Assembly: GCA_030390025.1 (NCBI GenBank)
Contig: CM059431.1
Location: 110,796,001-110,860,000 of the forward strand
Source of the DNA: Squalus acanthias
Taxonomy: Eukaryota
Direction: 5' to 3'
DNA: 64,000 bases
Under the pieces are notes generated by a model. It was not told where the DNA came from, ran no database searches, and saw only the letters and a list, made by a program, of their open reading frames with translations. The position numbers were made by a program, and so were the translations under genes. Shown here piece by piece: positions 61,275 to 64,000 of this stretch (the stretch's first letter is position 1; each line of letters opens with the position of its first letter).

Positions 61275-63820
61275 GGATACGGGCAGCAGAATTTTGGATG
61301 AGCCAAGTTTAAGGAGAGTGGAAGTTAGGAGGCCAGCCAGGAGAGTGTTGGAATAGGCAAGTCTAGGGGTAACAACAGTATGGATGAGGGTTTCAGCAGC
61401 AGATTAGATGAGGTGGAAGTAGGTGGCCTTAGTGATGGCGCTGATATGTGGTCGGAAGCTCATCTCGGGGTCAGGTACGACACCAAGGTTGTGAACGGCC
61501 TGGCTCAGCCTCAGACAGTTGCCAGGGAGAGGGATGGAGTTGGTAGCTAGGGAACGGAGTTTGTGGCAGGGACCAAACACAATGACTGGAATTTTCAGGG
61601 GTCAGCGGGCGGGATCGGTGGCAGGTCGGGTGGGAAATTTGATTTTTTTGACAGCGGGTCAGGGAACCCGCTGTCATCCCACCGCAACGCGCCTTTCCCA
61701 ATAGCACGTCTGTGATCTCGGATCGGACCCGACCCGCAGAGCCAGGCGACCCTATTAAAGCAATTATTGGCTTGTTGACAGACCCTTAATAATGGTTTTA
61801 ACCTTACCTTTTCACTTTAACTGCTCGCCCACAGGGTCCACACTGCTCGTGGACCACGTCTGTTAACCTGAGGCGGGAGTTGACTAGCCACTGAATCAGC
61901 TGATTAGTTGACAGCTTGAAATGTACTATAAAACCTCCCACCTCACAGCTGTTCACTTTCCAAGCGCAGAAGCGGTTGCTTACTTCATTTGGAAGACAGA
62001 TTGAGCTTTATGCAGGTTGAAAGTGTTTGGAGCAAACTCTCCATCCAGTGTCACCTCATTGGAACAACCTCTCTCACCACTGACAGATTGCTTCTGTCCT
62101 CTCAACTTCACCTGCCATCTATTCCATCAGCCTGGGTACCATTTATACCCTCCCACCTTGGTCTTCAGAATCTGACCATGATCAGCCCCAACACCAGCAG
62201 CACCAGGCACACCAGCAGCACCAACAACAACAACAACCTTCTCAACTGTTGATGCACAGGACAGAGGGCATCAGCACCCGACCACATTGCCGTCCGGGAG
62301 GCCAGGGATGACCTCACCATGGCCAGATTTACTTCACTTGATGCTGTACACCCTGGCTGCCACATGATGCGCCAGGTTGGCAGCACCCCACACCAACACC
62401 ATAAAGCATCCCTACAATATCCAAGACATTCTTTTCACACTCATCACCATTGCGGGGGGTACCGTTATGTCTCACCATTCACTGCAACTCATTAAGCCAC
62501 TTCCAAAGGTGCACACAAATCAGTCCAAGAATGCAAAGTGTTGAAAATAAAGGTTTCAATATTTGACAACATATTAACAGAAACTTTACATGAACATTGC
62601 ATAGAACACCCAAGTGGCTACCCTTGTGTGTTGTTAGTTGGTATGATTGCACTCGGATGATGGTGAGTGTGAGGGGTGGCTAGTGAGATGGGGAAGTGAT
62701 AACGTAGAGAGAGAGCGATGGGTGGAGGTGTAAGGTAAGTTGGTGTGAGTAAGGATGTGCAGGAACAGGGTAGGGAAGGCAGAGTGATGGGGATGTGATG
62801 AGAGGCACAGCAGGATGAAGGTGAGTGTGGTTTTGTATTCACGTTTCCTGATCTAATGAGATCATTGAAAGGTTTGCGGCACTGCATCCAGGTCCTCCTG
62901 ACCACATCCCTGCTTGTGCCCCCTCTGCAATGTGCAACCAGGCTGTGTTGGTCTCCTGGGGAGTTCTCTTCTGCCCATGGGAAGGGAAGAGGACTTCCCT
63001 GCTTGCTGTGACTCCCTCCATAAGCATATGGAGGGAGTCATGGGAGAACCTGGGTGCAGCCCTGTGCCTCTGTGCAGTGATTGTCAGTGTTTGCAGCACT
63101 TCAATGTTGTAGAACACTGACAGCACAAATGTCAAAAGTAAGGTGGCCATGGTCCCTTTAAGGAAACTGGCTCAAGATGCGTCATGAATGATGTCACCAG
63201 ACCCGCTTCATCTAATTGGACCGGGAAATCCACTGGACGGGCTTCACAAACCCCATTGAGGTAAGTTCATTTTAGGCGGCGGGATGGAGCCAGCAGCAGG
63301 GCCGTGACCCGTCACCAACACCGGCTGCACCGGATCCGCTGAGGTGGGCAAAATCTCAGCCAATGGCTTCGGTCTTACAAATATTTAGTTGGAGGAAATT
63401 TCTGCTCATCCAACCTGCACGAAGTTCCATTCACCCATCACCCCGTGCTCGCTAACCTACCTCGCTAACTCCCGGTCCAGGAACGCCTCAATTTAAAAAT
63501 TCTCATCCTTGTTTTCAAAACCCTCCATGGTCTCGCCCCTCCCTATCTCTGTCACCTCCTCCAGTACTACAACCCTCCGAGATCTCTGCGCTCCTCCAAT
63601 TCTGGCCTCTTGCGCATCCCCGCTTTTAATTGCTCCACCATTGGCAGCTGTGCTTTCAGCTGCCTTGGCCCTAAGTTCTGAAATTTCCTCGCAAAACCTC
63701 TCCGCCTCACTACCTTTCTTTCCTCCTTTAAGATGCTCCTTAAAACCTACCTCTTTGACCAAGCTTTTGGTCATCTGTCCTAATATCTCCTTATGTGGCT
63801 CAGTGTCAAATTTTGTTTGA
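61275..63820 (+). mobile_element. L2 with an inverted 5' segment, interrupted by a Harbinger-like element
   Basis: 61275-61583 plus 63362-63412 are the reverse complement of the equivalent of 9018-9392. 63413-63820 continues forward from the equivalent of 9393. Confidence 0.8.
61584..63361. mobile_element. Internally deleted Harbinger-like element with Myb/SANT remnant (minus strand, ~62840-63070)
   Basis: AAT TSD splitting an L2; TIRs GACTGGAATTTT / AAAATCTCAGCC. PRFSHDSLHMLMEGV and QCRKPFNDL remnants. Confidence 0.8.
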
Positions 63821-64000
63821 TTTTTTTGACATCCCGCTACAACGCGCCTTTCCCAATGGCATGTCTATGATCTCGGATCAGACCCGACCCGTAGAGCCAG
63901 GCGACCCTATTAAAGCAATTACTGGCTTGTTGACAGACCCTTAATAATGGTTTTAACCTTACCTTTTCACTTTAACTGCTCGCCCACGGGGTCCACGCTG
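63817..64000. mobile_element. Partial second copy of the 61584 element family (runs off the window)
   Basis: Matches 61639-61850. Confidence 0.75.

Overview
This is repeat-dense vertebrate genomic DNA, most likely from a cartilaginous fish. That assignment is inferred from the CR1/L2 LINE and Deu-domain SINE types. No intact host gene was recognised. The centrepiece is a young, structurally complete 13.3-kb endogenous retrovirus-like provirus (32355-45650, + strand). It has two 1623-bp LTRs about 99% identical, a 4-bp ATGT TSD and a tRNA-Arg-like PBS. Gag carries an overlapping PSAP/PPxY late domain and a CCHC knuckle, and is separated from in-frame pol by a single CAA-TGA-CTA stop. Pol reads PR-RT(YVDD)-degenerate RNase H-second RNase H-integrase. 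Env is not a typical SU/TM Env: it looks like a class I, paramyxo/pneumovirus-F-like fusion protein with an N-terminal immunoglobulin-like domain. This architecture best fits the lokiretrovirus-like lineage. The window also holds two ~4-kb two-gene PIF/Harbinger transposons (one with an apparently intact spliced Myb/SANT gene) and several of their MITEs, one nested inside the provirus. Other elements are a full-length CR1 with an esterase ORF1, a solo LTR, a hAT MITE, an L2 with a twin-priming-type inversion, a 23-bp minisatellite, and scattered decayed exon-like segments on the minus strand.
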